A stretch of DNA of 64,000 bases. It comes from Novakomyces olei (Eukaryota). Below the pieces are notes generated by a model. That model was not told the DNA's origin. It did no database searches and saw only the letters and a list, made by a program, of their open reading frames with translations. Positions within the stretch are counted from its first letter, which is position 1; the number at the start of each line of letters is the position of its first letter. The stretch lies in the NCBI GenBank assembly GCA_016906335.1, contig JADEYG010000005.1:62001-126000 (forward strand), given 5' to 3'. A program made the translations under genes and the position numbers. This document shows, in pieces, positions 48,184 through 61,800 of this stretch.

Positions 48184-50351
48184 TTACATAGTCAAAGAAA
48201 ACGGATTATACAGGCGCGACTTTATGTATTCCACGAGTTCGTTCTCGCTCTTACCTTCCAACTCCTTATTGCGGCAGACACCGTCATGAAGAGCACTGAT
48301 AATAACTTCTTTGGTAACACTGACAGCAATATCTCGGATTCGCTCTGCCCTTGGATAAATAAGGCCATGCTCCCGCTCTTCGTTCGTAACCAAATCTGAA
48401 ACGCCTTTTGCTGCTGCGTAAAGCATATCATCTGTCACATGACTAGCCTTGGATATTATAACGCCTTGTCCCAAACCGGGGAACACGTAATAGTTGTTGC
48501 CTGTCGTCAGCATGAAGATATAAAATAAATAAACACGAATCACCAAAACTACCTTGACCGGGCTCGTAAACTTTCCCTTCGTATTTGAAGCGCTTGAAAG
48601 GGCTGCCACCTGCAAAAAGCACTTTACCATTGGTATACTTGATCGCATCTTCGAATGTACACTCTGCATTTCGAATAGGATTGCTCAAAGCAAATATGAT
48701 TGGCCGACTGGAAAAATCACACATTCTGTTAAGAACACCTTTGTCAAATGCTCCTCCCTTGAAGATCAGAAGTCATCATTTGATAGATTTTTATTGTTAT
48801 TTTTATTTGTTAAATATTTATTTGCGATCAATAAATAAGAATTTTCCATGTGAAGCTTACCACTGTCGATAAGCCGATTAGCGCTGTAGGCTTTATGTAT
48901 TCCAAAAGATCATTAATGCCTTTCACTTGATGGCCATAGTTGTCCCTGCGTACAAAGAACGATTCCATTTCTGAAATATTTCCGCGGTCCTCTGTTACAA
49001 GTCCATCGATATCGCAAAGATAAATAGTGCTTTTTGCCTCTTCCTCACTCAAATGGCCTTCTCGTCGAAGCCATAGAGTTATTGCTTTTGCGCAACCAAC
49101 AGAGGCAGAGCCTGCCCCAAAGAACATAATTCGCTGAGACTTGAGAGTTATATTGGGATCGTGTTGGTTTTGGATGTGAAATGCAGCTCGGAAACCTGCC
49201 AGCAGAACAGCGCCAGTGCCCTGAATATCGTCATTAAAGCACGTGTATGTATTAATATAACGATTTAAATAATAATTCGCATATTTCGTTTCGAAATCCT
49301 CAAACTGTTTGCCTCAGTACTGCTTATTTGTGCACATTATCTCAAATTCATGCTTTTTCATTTAATTAAATACATTTGTATTTTATTGTTCCTAAGCCTT
49401 ACCTGAACAAGACACCCCGGAAAGACTTTATGGCATGCACTCATAAACTCGTCCAAAAATTCGTGCTGAACATTTTCAGGAGCCCGATGTTCGCGAACAC
49501 CAATGTAGAGCTCGTTTTTCAATAGCTCTTCGTTATTTGTACCAAAGTCTATTGTTATCGGCAGTGTCTTCTCCGGATAAACTCCAGCGCACGCAATGTA
49601 CAGGCTTAATTTTCCCTTCGATAAGTATATACTATAGAAAATATGTGTAGACTTTACTTGAGGTATTCCCATGCCATTGGCCCCGAGGTCTCCCAGCCCG
49701 AGAATACGTCCGCCGTCCGTCACAACAATAATGTCAGGCTTTTTGTTCCAATTTTTTAAAACTTGTGCAACGCGTCCTTTATGCGCAAGACAAAGAAAAA
49801 GACCATCGTTGTTTAGAAAAATCTCGGAATACTGTAAGCATGCATCTCCAACTGTTGGTGTATAAAGTAACGGGACCATTTCCTGTACAGTTAGATAAGT
49901 CGGGTCATCGATCTCTGCCTTACAACAACCCGTTCCATCACCAACTTGTACAGTAAATGAGGATTAGTAAACCTTAAGTGTGCCTTTAAAATTTAAAAAT
50001 GTTAGCTTGAGCTTCGATAAAAGACTGAAACTATTGAATTTAATTTTGCAAACTTGCCAGAAATTGGTATTTGTCGAGATCAGACGACTGTTTTTCTACC
50101 AATGCAAGAAGCCGCCGGCTTTGGGTTTCCCATTTTTCAAACGAAGGTGTGACTAATCCTTCAATAGCTTGATTTCGTCGTGTCTGATGATCGAAGCCTG
50201 TATCAATATTGTTCCATTTCAATTGCAGCTGACTGCCTTTATCTGGCGGATTCTCCACGGGTAAACGCGGCTCAAAAGCTTCAAGAGCTTCAATGCCTGC
50301 TTCATGAATACGCTGTAGTCGCTCCTCTGCAGTAATCAGAAAATTTTCCAT
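48184..50351 (-). CDS. Malic enzyme (NAD(P)-dependent malate dehydrogenase, decarboxylating), about 8 exons
   Basis: PLLYTPTVGDAC, VVTDGGRILGLGDLG, QFEDF, FNDDIQGTG, FGAGSA, PIIFALSNP, GNNYYVFPG. Confidence 0.92.
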
Positions 50352-51399
50352 CTTTGTCAAAGTTCCAAGGTTTGCGAGATGAAAGCTAAAACGATCTACA
50401 AATATCCCGTAAACTTGCCGCAGGGATCGCCTTTATGAATGAAACACTGATAATCACGTGACATACCTGCCGTTGCAGAGGGGGTTTATTATCAGTCGAC
50501 TTTGCAGCCTAAAATAGACGGGGCCCGTGTACTTAAATAAACGATATACTAAGCACATTTAGTATTACCTCTAGATTGGCTGTCATTGCAGACAGAGAAT
50601 ACTATTTTCCACAATTAGACAAAGGGAGCAGTAGAAACTTGCCTTGCGCAATACAATCAGTCTGTAGATTGCCATGAAGCGGGCCCGTCAAATGTGATTT
50701 TTCAAGTGCAGCCTTGGTAAAGCCAAGAAAAATAGAAGATTATTGATTAGCCAGTTTGAGTAATATAAAGCGTGGAATGCGGAGGGCTAAAATGTAAAAA
50801 TGTGCCATTTACGCCATGCATAGGCTTTATCCAGTACTAAATATCAATGGCTTTATTTGGGGGCAGAATAATATTATATCTTCTGTATTGACTTTGAATC
50901 AGCCATGGACGCTAGTTTTTGTTCTAGTCTCTCTTAATCAAACGCGTCAAACCAACAGCTAATTGAATAATTCATGCTTTACATAGCTGCCAAGAAACCC
51001 AGCGAATAAAGTGGCATTACGCCGCTACACCGTCTCACTAAAAAGATCTGATAAACAAGAACAGTACATTTAAAATGATTTAGAAATAAGTAATATAAAA
51101 TAAAAACATGGAAATAATCAAAGTCATTCTAGTGCTAGCTTTCTTTTTAAAGCAGCCATAAGCGGACGGGGCCCGTCTTTATAATAATCACGGTAACTTG
51201 TAGCATACAGCAAGTACAATCAAGTGACTCAAATGAAGGTCAGATATAAATTAAAGGCAGAAGCCAAGCGAATATTTTATTATTGTTAATCGGCGAGACA
51301 GATATAATAAATATGCATAATAATCTAAAACATTATTGTGAATAAACATTAGACGTTGGCACTATAATCCACAACTTTACCAACTCGACCCATAGCAAG

Positions 51400-53064
51400 A
51401 TGCGAGTACTGGCGCGGATACGCGGCCAATGCCGGTTGTATCCGACGCATAACTACCTCAAGCCCCAAATGCGGCAAATAGCGACACGTTCCCAGGCCGC
51501 GGAGAATGGTTATAATAGAATACGAAACTTTCTGTACGGCACTGCGACTCTAGGAGCAATTGGAGCCGGATACCTTTATCTTTCCGACTCACGGGCTGCT
51601 TTCTACCGTTGGATCGCAATGCCATTAACGCATCTGCTACTTGATGCAGAGACGAGCCATCATTACGCTATCAAAGCTCTGGCGACCGGTCTAGGTCCGA
51701 AAGACAAGGTGCAAGATCCGGAGGAGTTACAGGTCAAAGTATGGATAAAACAAGTCAAATGATTGGGAACTCAAGTTGACCTTTAGGCTTTTGGTAAAGT
51801 ATTTGAAAATCCTGTAGGCCTATCTGCCGGAATGGATAAGCAGGCCGAAGCAGTGGATGCGTTATTCGACTTGGGATTCGGCTACGTGGAGATCGGATCT
51901 GTCACGCCAGAGCCACAGGTATTCATTTTCTGTTTCTTAAATATAATTTATGGGGTTTTAGTTTATGAATATTTCAATTGTACTGAAATTTTTCGTTTAT
52001 CGTTTTCGTTTTTGCTTTTCCTTATGTATTTGTTTTTGTGTTCCTATTTTTGTTTCCCCCTTTTTTTCCCTTTTTTGTTTACAATCATGGCTAATGCAAG
52101 CCCGGAAATGATCCACCTCGTGTTTTCCGCTTGCCCGAGAACGAAGCTATTGTCAATCGGTACGGGTTCAACTCAGAAGGCCATCAAGCCGTCATTGGAA
52201 GGCTTCGAGCTCGACTTCGACACTTTTTGTTTCATGTTTACGGACCCGAGGACGCTGGATCGCAGCCTCGTAGCTTAAGGCCTGGAAAAGTTTTGGGTAT
52301 TAACTTGGGGAAGAACAAGGAAGGCGATGCGCTTGAGGATTATGCTAAGGGAGTACAGAACCTTGGAAAGTACGCAGATTTACTCGTTGTCAATGTTTCA
52401 AGTCCCAATACGCCTGGTCTTCGCGATCTGCAAACACAGTCCTCTTTGACAAAGCTTCTTTTGGCGGTATGGCTGATTATGATGATGATCAAAAGAAAAG
52501 TCAAAGAAATTAAAAATATTGAAAACTAAAAAAACAATATTAAATAATGACACGAGAGAGTTTACACGAATAGAGCTAACTTTATCCGGACAGGTGGTCA
52601 AAGAGCGCAATAAACTGGAAAATCGTCCCTCAATTCTTGTAAAAATTGCACCAGATCTGAGTCCGTCTGAAATTGAAGGCGTGGCCACCTCTATTGTTGA
52701 GAGCAAAGTTAATGGTGTTATCGTGGCGAATACAACGGTGCAACGGCCGTTAGCGCTTTTGCCCGAAGATCATATAATTGAAGCCGGTGGCCTTTCCGGA
52801 GCGCCTCTAAAGCCGATAACTTTATCAGTTTTACGGCAGCTTCGGACTTTGCTGCCTTCCGATATTCTGATTGTCGGATGCGGTGGAATTCGCAATGGCA
52901 AAGATGCAGTTGAATATGCTCGTGCAGGTGCAACATTGGTCCAAGCTTATACGGCATTTAGCTACGAAGGACCAGTATTCCCACGCCAGCTTAAAGACGA
53001 GATCTTGCAAGAACTTGGTGGTAAAAAGTGGACTGATATTGTTGGCCAGGATTTAGTAAAATGA
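51400..53064 (+). CDS. URA9: Class 2 mitochondrial dihydroorotate dehydrogenase (quinone), 4 exons
   Basis: Arg-rich presequence plus TM anchor; [55 protein letters not shown]. Confidence 0.93.
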
Positions 53065-53655
53065 GCCGCCTTTAGAGCCGTTTTACCAATTGAAAACTCA
53101 TAAAACGTCATAGCAACATACAAAAACCTATTGCAAGTTGCAGTAAGAGCAATTTAAATAGAATATTAATTAGATGCTGACAACTAGTCAAAGACGGACT
53201 AGTCAGCAGAAGGAAATTGAAATCAGCCTCGAGTTATTTAAGCTCGTTTCAGATCGTCACTAGTCGCAAAGATGACTTTCAGGACCTATAAATGAAAACT
53301 AATTCCACTGCTCAACTGCTATTCTGGCTTTTAAACATACTACAATTATATATTTTATGCTCTAATATTGAATAATAATTTTAATGCGTTAGCGCAGGCT
53401 CCACTGTAAAGTTTATGACCTCAATAATGCAAGGAAACAGACAAAAGAAGGAAAATTCAGTGTGAAAAACTATTGGTATATTCATTGAGGCTGAAATACA
53501 AATTAAAGCCACTCCCTGGCCTCCATTTTATTCACTTTAAATTTATCAAGGTTTATTAAATTTTAGTTTATTCAAAAGTAGCGGCTCCTTGTCAAATGTA
53601 AACCCTTACAGCGAGAATCAGCCCCCTTCAATCGCTAAATCAATCAAAACAACGT

Positions 53656-56205
53656 CTAATCAGCTTTCCCAATTTGGCCAGTATGCAAAAACTTTGAAAT
53701 CAAATGCCCCGGGCCCGAGGCCGACCCTTGCCCCAGGCTTGAAGATCTGGTCCGTGCGTACCCCCATACACCTCTAGCGCCATCTGAGCGTCTGCGTAGA
53801 CAATTACGCAAGCCTGTCACAGCAATCATTGCCAGTACAATCCCTCCAATCATAAGCAGAGGATGAGCCTCCAACAAGTCGGTGATATTAAAGTACCATT
53901 CTTGCAGCCAATTGCCCGTAGTCTCTGGCGTCAATCTGGGAGGGATTATCGTAATAAAGGGCAGAGTTTCCAAAATCTGCTCCTTGTCTACCAGCAAGAG
54001 ACGGCCCTTCCTGTCCCGGGGCCAGTACCTACGTCGATCGGTGTTTGTAACTACAACTCTGGCAGCTTTTCCATTTTCCTCGCCTTTTCCAGAGCTTGAA
54101 TCCACCAGATTATACTGCTCCTCAAGCCAGTTGCCCCAGACAAGACCATCTATCCAGGCAAAAACTACTCTGGGCGGATCAGGGACGACTACACGCTGAT
54201 TACGAGCATCCCTAGCTCCGTCATCATCATCCCGGGCTTTTGCTTCATCAACCAGTTTTTGTTTACGCTCTCTCTGCCTCCGTTTCTCCTGCATTGTATC
54301 CTGATCAACCTTATCAGCATAAGCATAGGCAGTATCCTTTAAGGTTTGATAATCAGCGGCAAAAGTTGCACTGTTGCGATCCAAGGCAGCCAGAACGACG
54401 TACTGGCTCTGCAGTATTACTTCTCCAGCATTTGCCGAAGTAATCTCGGTGACAATCGGCCTCCAAACAGTCTTGAACCAATTGAAAAGCCGTGTCTGGT
54501 CCCTCAATTCAGCAGGGCCCAAAGCGTTGTAGTACACGGGCCGATCATCGCGGACGACGAGCAGCCGGGGAAAAGTGGTTACGCGGTACTTGATAGCCAA
54601 GATGTTAGAATTAGACTTGACGATTGGAGCATGGCCCAGTAGGAGCATAGAGGCCCTATCAATTGCCTCGAAATCTTCCGGGCTGGTTGCTCCATCGTAC
54701 ATATAGAGAAAAGTGACATCATTTGCCTTTCGAACAGCTTCAAATTGGGCCACGTCGACGTCCTTTACACCTCCCTCCACTGCAGCATTGGCAAAGGCAA
54801 CAAGGTCACCAAACCCTCTCATCCCCTTGTACATGACTCTCTGTCTGTTTTTGAAAAACACGAGAGAAGGGTAGCCGGTGAAGGCCAGGTCCTTGCACAG
54901 CTGCCTTTCCTGCTCACAATTAACCTCCCCAATACTGAGCAGACCTTTCATGGCCGCTGCCAACTCGTCCCATACCGGTTCCAGTGCTTGGCAGTGATGG
55001 CACCAGGGAACGTAGAATTTGACGAAATAAGCATCGTTTGTTTGGGAGATTAGTTGCGAAAATTTTATGCTGTTGAGCGGTACTGATTGACCTAGCGGGT
55101 TGACGGCTGGCAGGGAATTCTGAAGCAAAAAAGACGAGTCCTGGTTTTGTTTTGCTTTTGTCTTTTCTTGCTCTGTAATGCGGGGTTCTTTGCCATCAAG
55201 CACCTCGCTTACATCGTCTTTTAGCCCTATCTTATCACCTTCTCTTGCCAGTGTTTCAAAATGGCCCTTGTCCTTGCTGACCGCGTCCAGCGCTGGATCA
55301 GATGAGGCGCTTGGTTCGTAATCTATTGCGGCGCTTGAAGGCTCAAAGGGCTCAATGGGGATCTGCGGGATGGCAGGATATGTCGCTGGCACTGCGCTTG
55401 CTTCTGACTTTATATCTGCGCCGGGCTCGTTGGGTGACGCTGTTGCTATAGCAAGCTCTGGTACTGAAGAAGCCTTGGCCGGTGCTGAAGAAGAATCGGG
55501 CGCATGGTTCACCAGCTCTTCCACGAACTTTTGCATTTGCAACGGTGTATCGTCTTTGCCTTGGAAAATAAAGGAATCCATTATTTCTCCATCACGCATA
55601 AGATTTATGGCCGGGTACCGTGTCACGCTGTGCTTGACACAAATATCTTGAGATTAGTATCAAAATAAGAGGATAAAAAGGATCGAAAAATCTCAATTTT
55701 GAAAGCTTCGCGCCTAGAAATCCTAGTTTTAAACGGAAGAAACTTGACGCTAGTGTCAAAACACCTGAGCCAATTTTCTATATTATTCTTCTATTTTGTC
55801 TTTTCCTTGATTTTGTCTTTGCTTACCTCCATAAGCTTCGCAGTTGACAATTCCAAAAGAAAGGTTTCGCTGTGCGGCCCAGGACGCATCAGACGAAGTT
55901 GGAGCTCGCTCAGTGACTTCTTGCACAAAAGCGTTCCAGTGCTTTGCAAACTCCTTGCAGTGAGGGCAACGTGGCGAATAGTGATCTAAAAGCCTGTTTT
56001 GAGAAACAAATATCGGGTTAGCAATCTGTACTGAAACTGTAAAGCAAGCGCCGCCCTACCAATAACCATGAGATACAGCGTCGAGATTTTCAGGTGTAAT
56101 TATAACACTGTCTTTGGCTAAGTGTTCGCCAAAGACAGGATCGTCTCCGGCGACAAGGAAAGCCGAAAGGCACAGCCATAGCGAGACCAACCTTAGCCAG
56201 ATCAT
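53656..56205 (-). CDS. ER membrane thioredoxin-domain protein disulfide isomerase (Eps1-like), 3 exons
   Basis: Signal peptide MIWLRLVSLWLCLSAFLVAG from ATG 56205; CPHC in exon 2; WCHHC in exon 3; C-terminal TM helix and cytosolic tail ending GKAD. Confidence 0.82.
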
Positions 56206-56325
56206 ACCGCTCTGTACTTCCTTTGGCTCAACGCCAGGATTGAATATGTAACCAAGGACAGCTAATATATGGAGAGTGGTAATTTTTTGTTATTTCGCTC
56301 ATTACGCTTTTTATTATATATATTT

Positions 56326-56484
56326 TTTTATTGTCTTGTGTTTTATTGTCTTGTGTTTTATTGTCTTGTGTTTTATTGTCTTGTGTTTTATTGTCTTGTG
56401 TTTTATTGTCTTGTGTTTTATTGTCTTGAGTTTTATTGTCTTGTGTTTTATTGTCTTGTGTTTTATAGTCTTGTGTTTTATTGT
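56326..56484. repeat. 15-bp minisatellite (TTTTATTGTCTTGTG), about 10.6 copies, upstream of the Eps1-like gene
   Basis: Ten full units (two with single substitutions) plus a partial unit; no spacers. Confidence 0.95.
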
Positions 56485-57361
56485 TTTTATTATATTTGAA
56501 GCATTTCCCACATATTCCTCTCCTGATTGTCGTCATATTAAACTCCTCTTTTGCGCTCTACTCATTGCATGGATATAGCTTGTGTGTATATACAAGTATA
56601 CAAAACTGCTAATAAATGTCTCTAGTCTAAAGTCGAAAGTACCACGACCAAGTGTTTATAATAAATATTTCTAATGAATAATTTTCTTCCAAACCAGCTA
56701 TTTTCTCTTGATTAGAGGCTGTTGAGAAAAGGTCATAAAGGTAAGCTGAGGGAGGATAACACAAATTCTTCGTAATGCCAGATTCAACTTTTCCACAGTC
56801 TGCTTATTTGATGAAAATTACCTTCAATATATATATAGGAAGTGCCGGCCGAGCAGGGTCAAGTACTCTGTGCAGTGAGCCGATACCGGGGTCTCTGAGA
56901 ATCAGACTGTGCCAGAAGCTTTTTCGTTTAATTTACTCGCGTTTGAACTTTTTTGGAAAAGCCGCTAACTTTAGCAGATAGTAATAGATATAATTGCAAA
57001 GGATAAAGCCGAGAGAATTCGAGTTTTGTGGCAGCACACTGTGTGTACAGTACAGAACTATACCCGTGTTCTATTGCTGAAGGAAAACAGGTGCGAGAAG
57101 AAAGTCTGCCATATACATATTGGCGTGCTCGTGATTGTCGACACGTTTGCGCAAAGAATTGGCAGAGACAGATATTTAGGATAGATAAAGCTAAAAGAAA
57201 TGGAAATGTTTATGAATCGTGTAGCGTGTGTGTATTTCTTGGCAATAGCGCCGTAATCTATTAATCTAAATGTCGTTGTATGCTCAGCTTGCCGCATTGT
57301 GCTCTGCTCATGGAGCCCTCCCTTATCCAATTCCATACTCTACAGTACTTGCCCCGTACAG

Positions 57362-57467
57362 CCAATTTATTCGCCATTTTATTCCCCAATTTATTCGCCA
57401 TTTTATTCGCCATTTTATTTCCAATTTATTCCCCAATTTATTCCCAATCTATTCGCCATTTTATTCC
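57362..57467. repeat. Degenerate 11-12-bp tandem repeat (TTTATTCGCCAT / TTTATTCCCCAA) just 3' of HUT1
   Basis: Directly visible; about 9 alternating units. Confidence 0.85.
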
Positions 57468-57503
57468 TCGTGTATCGCGTACTAATCATCAACGGTCAAC
57501 GGC

Positions 57504-58575
57504 TCATTTCACTTTACCCGTTTTCCCATTGGCACTCTGTCGCAGTTTCAGGAGCGACTCTAGGGAAATGCCACACAGCACAAGCAGCACACCACTCCAC
57601 ATTTGCCACGTGAGTTTGTGTTTAAAATAGACAATACTCAGCAGCATGGTAAAGATTTTCCGTGTCAGTGTGACCGTTACGAGCCGCATGCTGCCGAACC
57701 TTTCGAGGAAAGCAAATATAAAAATTTGTCCAACAGCCCCGCATACGGCAAACGTTGCCAGATCGTGGGCAATGAGCGGATGCGCCCTTATAAAGCTCAA
57801 TCCCACGTGCAATTCGCTCGTCACATGCGACGCCAAGTAAGCGGCAAGCAGCAGTGCGGATACACTGTTCATTCCGACCATCATTTGCGCTCCGGAAACA
57901 TGTAGTGTTTTAAACACTTGATCCTGAGTGGAGTTTGTAAACCCGTCCAGCACGAGGCTCACAAAAAGCAGAGCCAGGCCATGAATACTGTTTGCACTAG
58001 CACGTGCTGCTTTCCGTGAGGGCGTGAAGAAAGTAAAGAGGAAGACGCCCGTCGTAACGAGGCCAACAACGAAATACTTGTGAGGAGGGAAAGAGGTACG
58101 GTACAGGAGCAGGTGTACGGCCATAACGGGCAGCAGTTTGCACGATTTCCCAAGGACAAGAGTCAAGTAGTCTAAATGCTTGAGACTGGCATAGCTAAAG
58201 GGGCTCGCGATCGTGGAGGAGAGTGCTACCAGCAGATACCCCCGATTTGTCTCTGAATCACGGAAAACTTGTCGAAAAACGCGAGATAATCTCGCCCGCT
58301 CAAACGTGCAGGTGTACAAAACGCCTACAAGCACTGCCGCCAGCGCTTGCAGCAGATTGAGGATCGCCGTACACCGAAACACACGGCCGTCAGCGCCATA
58401 GGGCGTAGTTGCGATTTTTTCTTGGTAGAACGCCCAACTGCACACGAGTTAGATCGCTAATTGCTATTAAATTCGTTTCTTTTCGCTCGTACAAACGCTT
58501 ATTCTTTGTTTACCTTAGAAAGCTCGCATATATCCCGGCAATGCATACAAATGCCTCACACACGCTCTTGCGCAT
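57504..58575 (-). CDS. HUT1: UAA-family nucleotide-sugar transporter (Hut1/SLC35B1), 2 exons
   Basis: GIYASFL|SWAFYQEKI, KSCKLLPVM, LDGFTNSTQD, GAVGQIFIF, VTLTRKIFT; dilysine-type tail GKVK. Confidence 0.87.
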
Positions 58576-58738
58576 ACCTGCAATGCTCCACGTGTCGCGC
58601 AGCACTTTGCATCTGCGTGTAATAAATATACTATAACCTTTTGCTAATCCAAATTATATGAAATTATTTTAATTATTCTAATTATACGAAATATACTCAA
58701 TTATATCGTAGACTAATGCCACTCTAAAAGATAATGTA

Positions 58739-58756
58739 TAGGGTTAGGGTTAGGGT
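58739..58756 (+). promoter_or_regulatory. Interstitial telomere-like TAGGGTTAGGGTTAGGGT (telo-box) in the HUT1/PRP16 divergent promoter
   Basis: About 3 TTAGGG units roughly 55 nt upstream of the PRP16 ATG; function inferred. Confidence 0.55.
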
Positions 58757-58810
58757 CAAATTTTAGTAATAACAAAGTATTAGATACAAAAGAAAGCAGC
58801 CAAAGCACGT

Positions 58811-61800
58811 ATGGACGAGCTGCGAAAAGCGCTTGAAAACGGCCTCAATCGGACGTGTAACGATGCGTTAGTGCAGCGTGTAGTTTCGCTGTCGCATGCG
58901 CAAGCAGACTATACTGCCTTTGCGCGGATACTGTCGACCTTTGGCCGGTTCGATGAGGAGAAAGGCCGTTTGATTTACACGGCAGCGCGAGCGATTCCAA
59001 GCTCTGCCCAAGTTGCCTCCGCTGCGGCCGCGTTCGAGCCTGGAGAACGGTTACAGCAGGAGAGTCTTCCTTCTGTAGGAGGATTACTGGCAGCGCCAAA
59101 GTCGCGATTGCAGGCGAACGGATCAGGTGGGGAAAGGCCAAACAGACCCTCACTTTTGGGCCTCGACCGTTTGGCTCAGCAGAAGCGGCAGGAGCAAGCG
59201 CGGCAGCAGGATGGAGGCGCGCAGAGTGTAAAAGCAGTGGAACAAGAGTTAGAAACTGGCAGCGGCATTGGAGACAAGCGCCGTCGACTCGAACGAGACA
59301 AAGATCGATCCGAGTTTCGACGGCCGGCCTTGAGCAAAAGAGACCATGTCTCTCGGCAGAGAAGGCCAGAGACGCCCACTATGGGCTCTGGTCTGAGCCA
59401 AACAGCCCGGCAAAACTTGCAAGACTATTTGCAAAGGAGGGAGCAGCAAAAGAAACGGGTCGGTTCTGTTGTCTCTAATTCTGCTGTCTCTAATTCTGCT
59501 GTCTCTAATTCTGCTGTCTCTAATTCTGCTGTCTCTGTGTCGGGAAACGGCGCCGGTTCTGGCCGGCAGCAGAGCAGTTCTTTTGCTCCTGATTACGCCC
59601 GTACATCCTCCCGGCATTCAGGGCGGCAGGAGGAACGGGAGGGCAAACGGTCTATGGCTGCCCACGAATACACACGGCCCCCGTCGACTTTAATGGTTCA
59701 GCACGGAGCCGGCAGGCTCCGGCCTTCGCCGACGCCGACGCCGATACTCCCCGATCATGCGTGGGATGAGAGGGATGTAGAATACCCGGAACAAGACGTG
59801 GAACCCGTGGCGGATCGGCGAGAGTGGGAGGCAGAGCAGTCGCGACTGGACCGGGAGTGGTACATGTCGGACGAGTTGGGCCCGGGAATTTTTGGTGACG
59901 AGATTCATAACCCCTTTGCGAGCTATACTGCCTTTGATGCAGAGCAAGAGCAGCAGATGGCGGACAAGAAACGTGCTTCTTCAAGAGCAGAACTCCGTCA
60001 GGCAGAGCGTGTTAAGCAGACAGATCTATGGGAATCGCATCTAATGAACCGGACTGGTGTTGGAGCCCGTGATGCCATCAGGATGGAGGATTTGGATGCA
60101 GAGAGTGATGAGAATAGGGTGCATTTGCTAGTACATCAGCAAAGGCCGCCCTTTCTCGATGGTCAGCAGCTTTTCACGAAGCAGGTAGAACCAGTGTCGG
60201 CAGTTCGAGACCCGCAAAGCGATCTGGCCAAGATTTGTGCTCGCGGGTCGCGTGTAGTGAAAGAGCGGAGAGAGCAAAAAGAGAGGCAGGCAGCGGCAGC
60301 CAAAGCAGCTTCTGTGGCAGGAACTGCACTGGGAAATGTAATGGGGGTCAAAGACGAGGAGATGCTGGAGCAAGAGGCAGTACAGGGCAATGAGGAGGGA
60401 TCGGCACGGGCCAAAAACAGGTTTACCAACTTGGAGGGAAAAGAGACGGATTCGAAACAAGATGATAAAAGCGCCCAGTCAAGCTCAGCGTTTAGTCGGA
60501 CGAAATCGCTGCGAGAGCAAAGAGAATTCTTGCCAGCGTTTGCAGTTCGAGACCAGCTGCTCGATGTTATAAGGGACAATCAGGTAACGATCGTTATCGG
60601 CGAGACGGGTTCCGGCAAGACGACGCAGCTGACACAGTTCCTTTACGAAGATGGGTACGCACGGCACGGCTCTCTGATTGGCTGTACTCAGCCGAGACGC
60701 GTGGCGGCCATGTCTGTGGCCAAGCGGGTATCGGAAGAAATCGGGTGTCCGTTGGGCGGGGAAGTCGGGTACGCTATCCGCTTCGAGGACTGTACGAGCC
60801 CGGCGACGCGTATAAAATACATGACAGACGGTGTGCTCCTGAGAGAGTCATTGGTCCAGCAGAATCTGGAGCGGTACAGTGTGATTATTATGGACGAGGC
60901 GCATGAACGTGCACTAAACACTGATATTCTATTGGGTCTGTTAAAGCAGATACTCGCTCGGCGAATGGACATGAGGCTGATTGTAACATCGGCCACTATG
61001 AACGCAGACAGGTTTGCCCAGTTTTTTGGATCGGCGCCCACGTTTACCATCCCCGGGAGAACTTTTCCAGTGGACGTTTTGTTTAGCAAAAGCGTCTGTG
61101 AGGACTATGTGGACGCGGCCGTTCGGCAAGTACTGCAGATCCACTTGTCCGGTCCAGCCGGCGATATTCTAGTGTTTATGACGGGTCAGGAGGACATTGA
61201 AATGTGTGGAGAGATTGTACAAGAGCGGCTTGAGCAGCTGGACGACCCGCCAAAGCTGCTCGTTCTCCCAATTTATTCGCAAATGCCCTCAGACTTGCAG
61301 GCAAGAATCTTTGCTGCTGCTGAGCCGGGCGTACGTAAATGTGTAATTGCCACGAATATAGCGGAAACGTCACTCACAGTTGACGGGATAATGTACGTAG
61401 TTGACTGTGGCTTTTGTAAACTTAAAGTGTATAACCCTCGGGTGGGAATGGACGCTCTGCAGCTAACCCCAATCTCGCAGGCGAATGCCGGCCAAAGGTC
61501 GGGCCGGGCGGGAAGAACCGGAGCGGGTACGGCCTACCGGCTGTATACGGAATCTGCCTTTAGGAACGAGCTGTACGCCCAAACAATCCCGGAAATCCAG
61601 CGGACTAATCTGGCAAACACGGTGCTTCTACTCAAAACTCTGGGTGTCCAGGATCTGTTGCAGTTTGAGTTTATGGATCCGCCTCCGCAGGAGACAATGC
61701 TGGCCAGTTTGTATGATCTGTGGACGCTTGGGGCTATTGACAATGCCGGCAGACTGACCCGGCTGGGCCGGCAAATGTCTGCTTTCCCATTGTTCCCGTC

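Noticed and set aside
1351-53064. Fragmented ORFs read as pseudogenes
   Set aside because: Where checked, the breaks coincide with GT...CTAAY/CTGAC...AG introns whose removal restores conserved motifs.
56228-56578. Overlapping repetitive ORFs (KTQDN, CLVFY, IVLCF, KHKTI) and a possible CRISPR-like array
   Set aside because: All are translations of a contiguous 15-bp minisatellite with no unique spacers, in a eukaryotic context.
58739-58756. True telomere or chromosome fusion point
   Set aside because: Only about 3 units, flanked by intact housekeeping genes.
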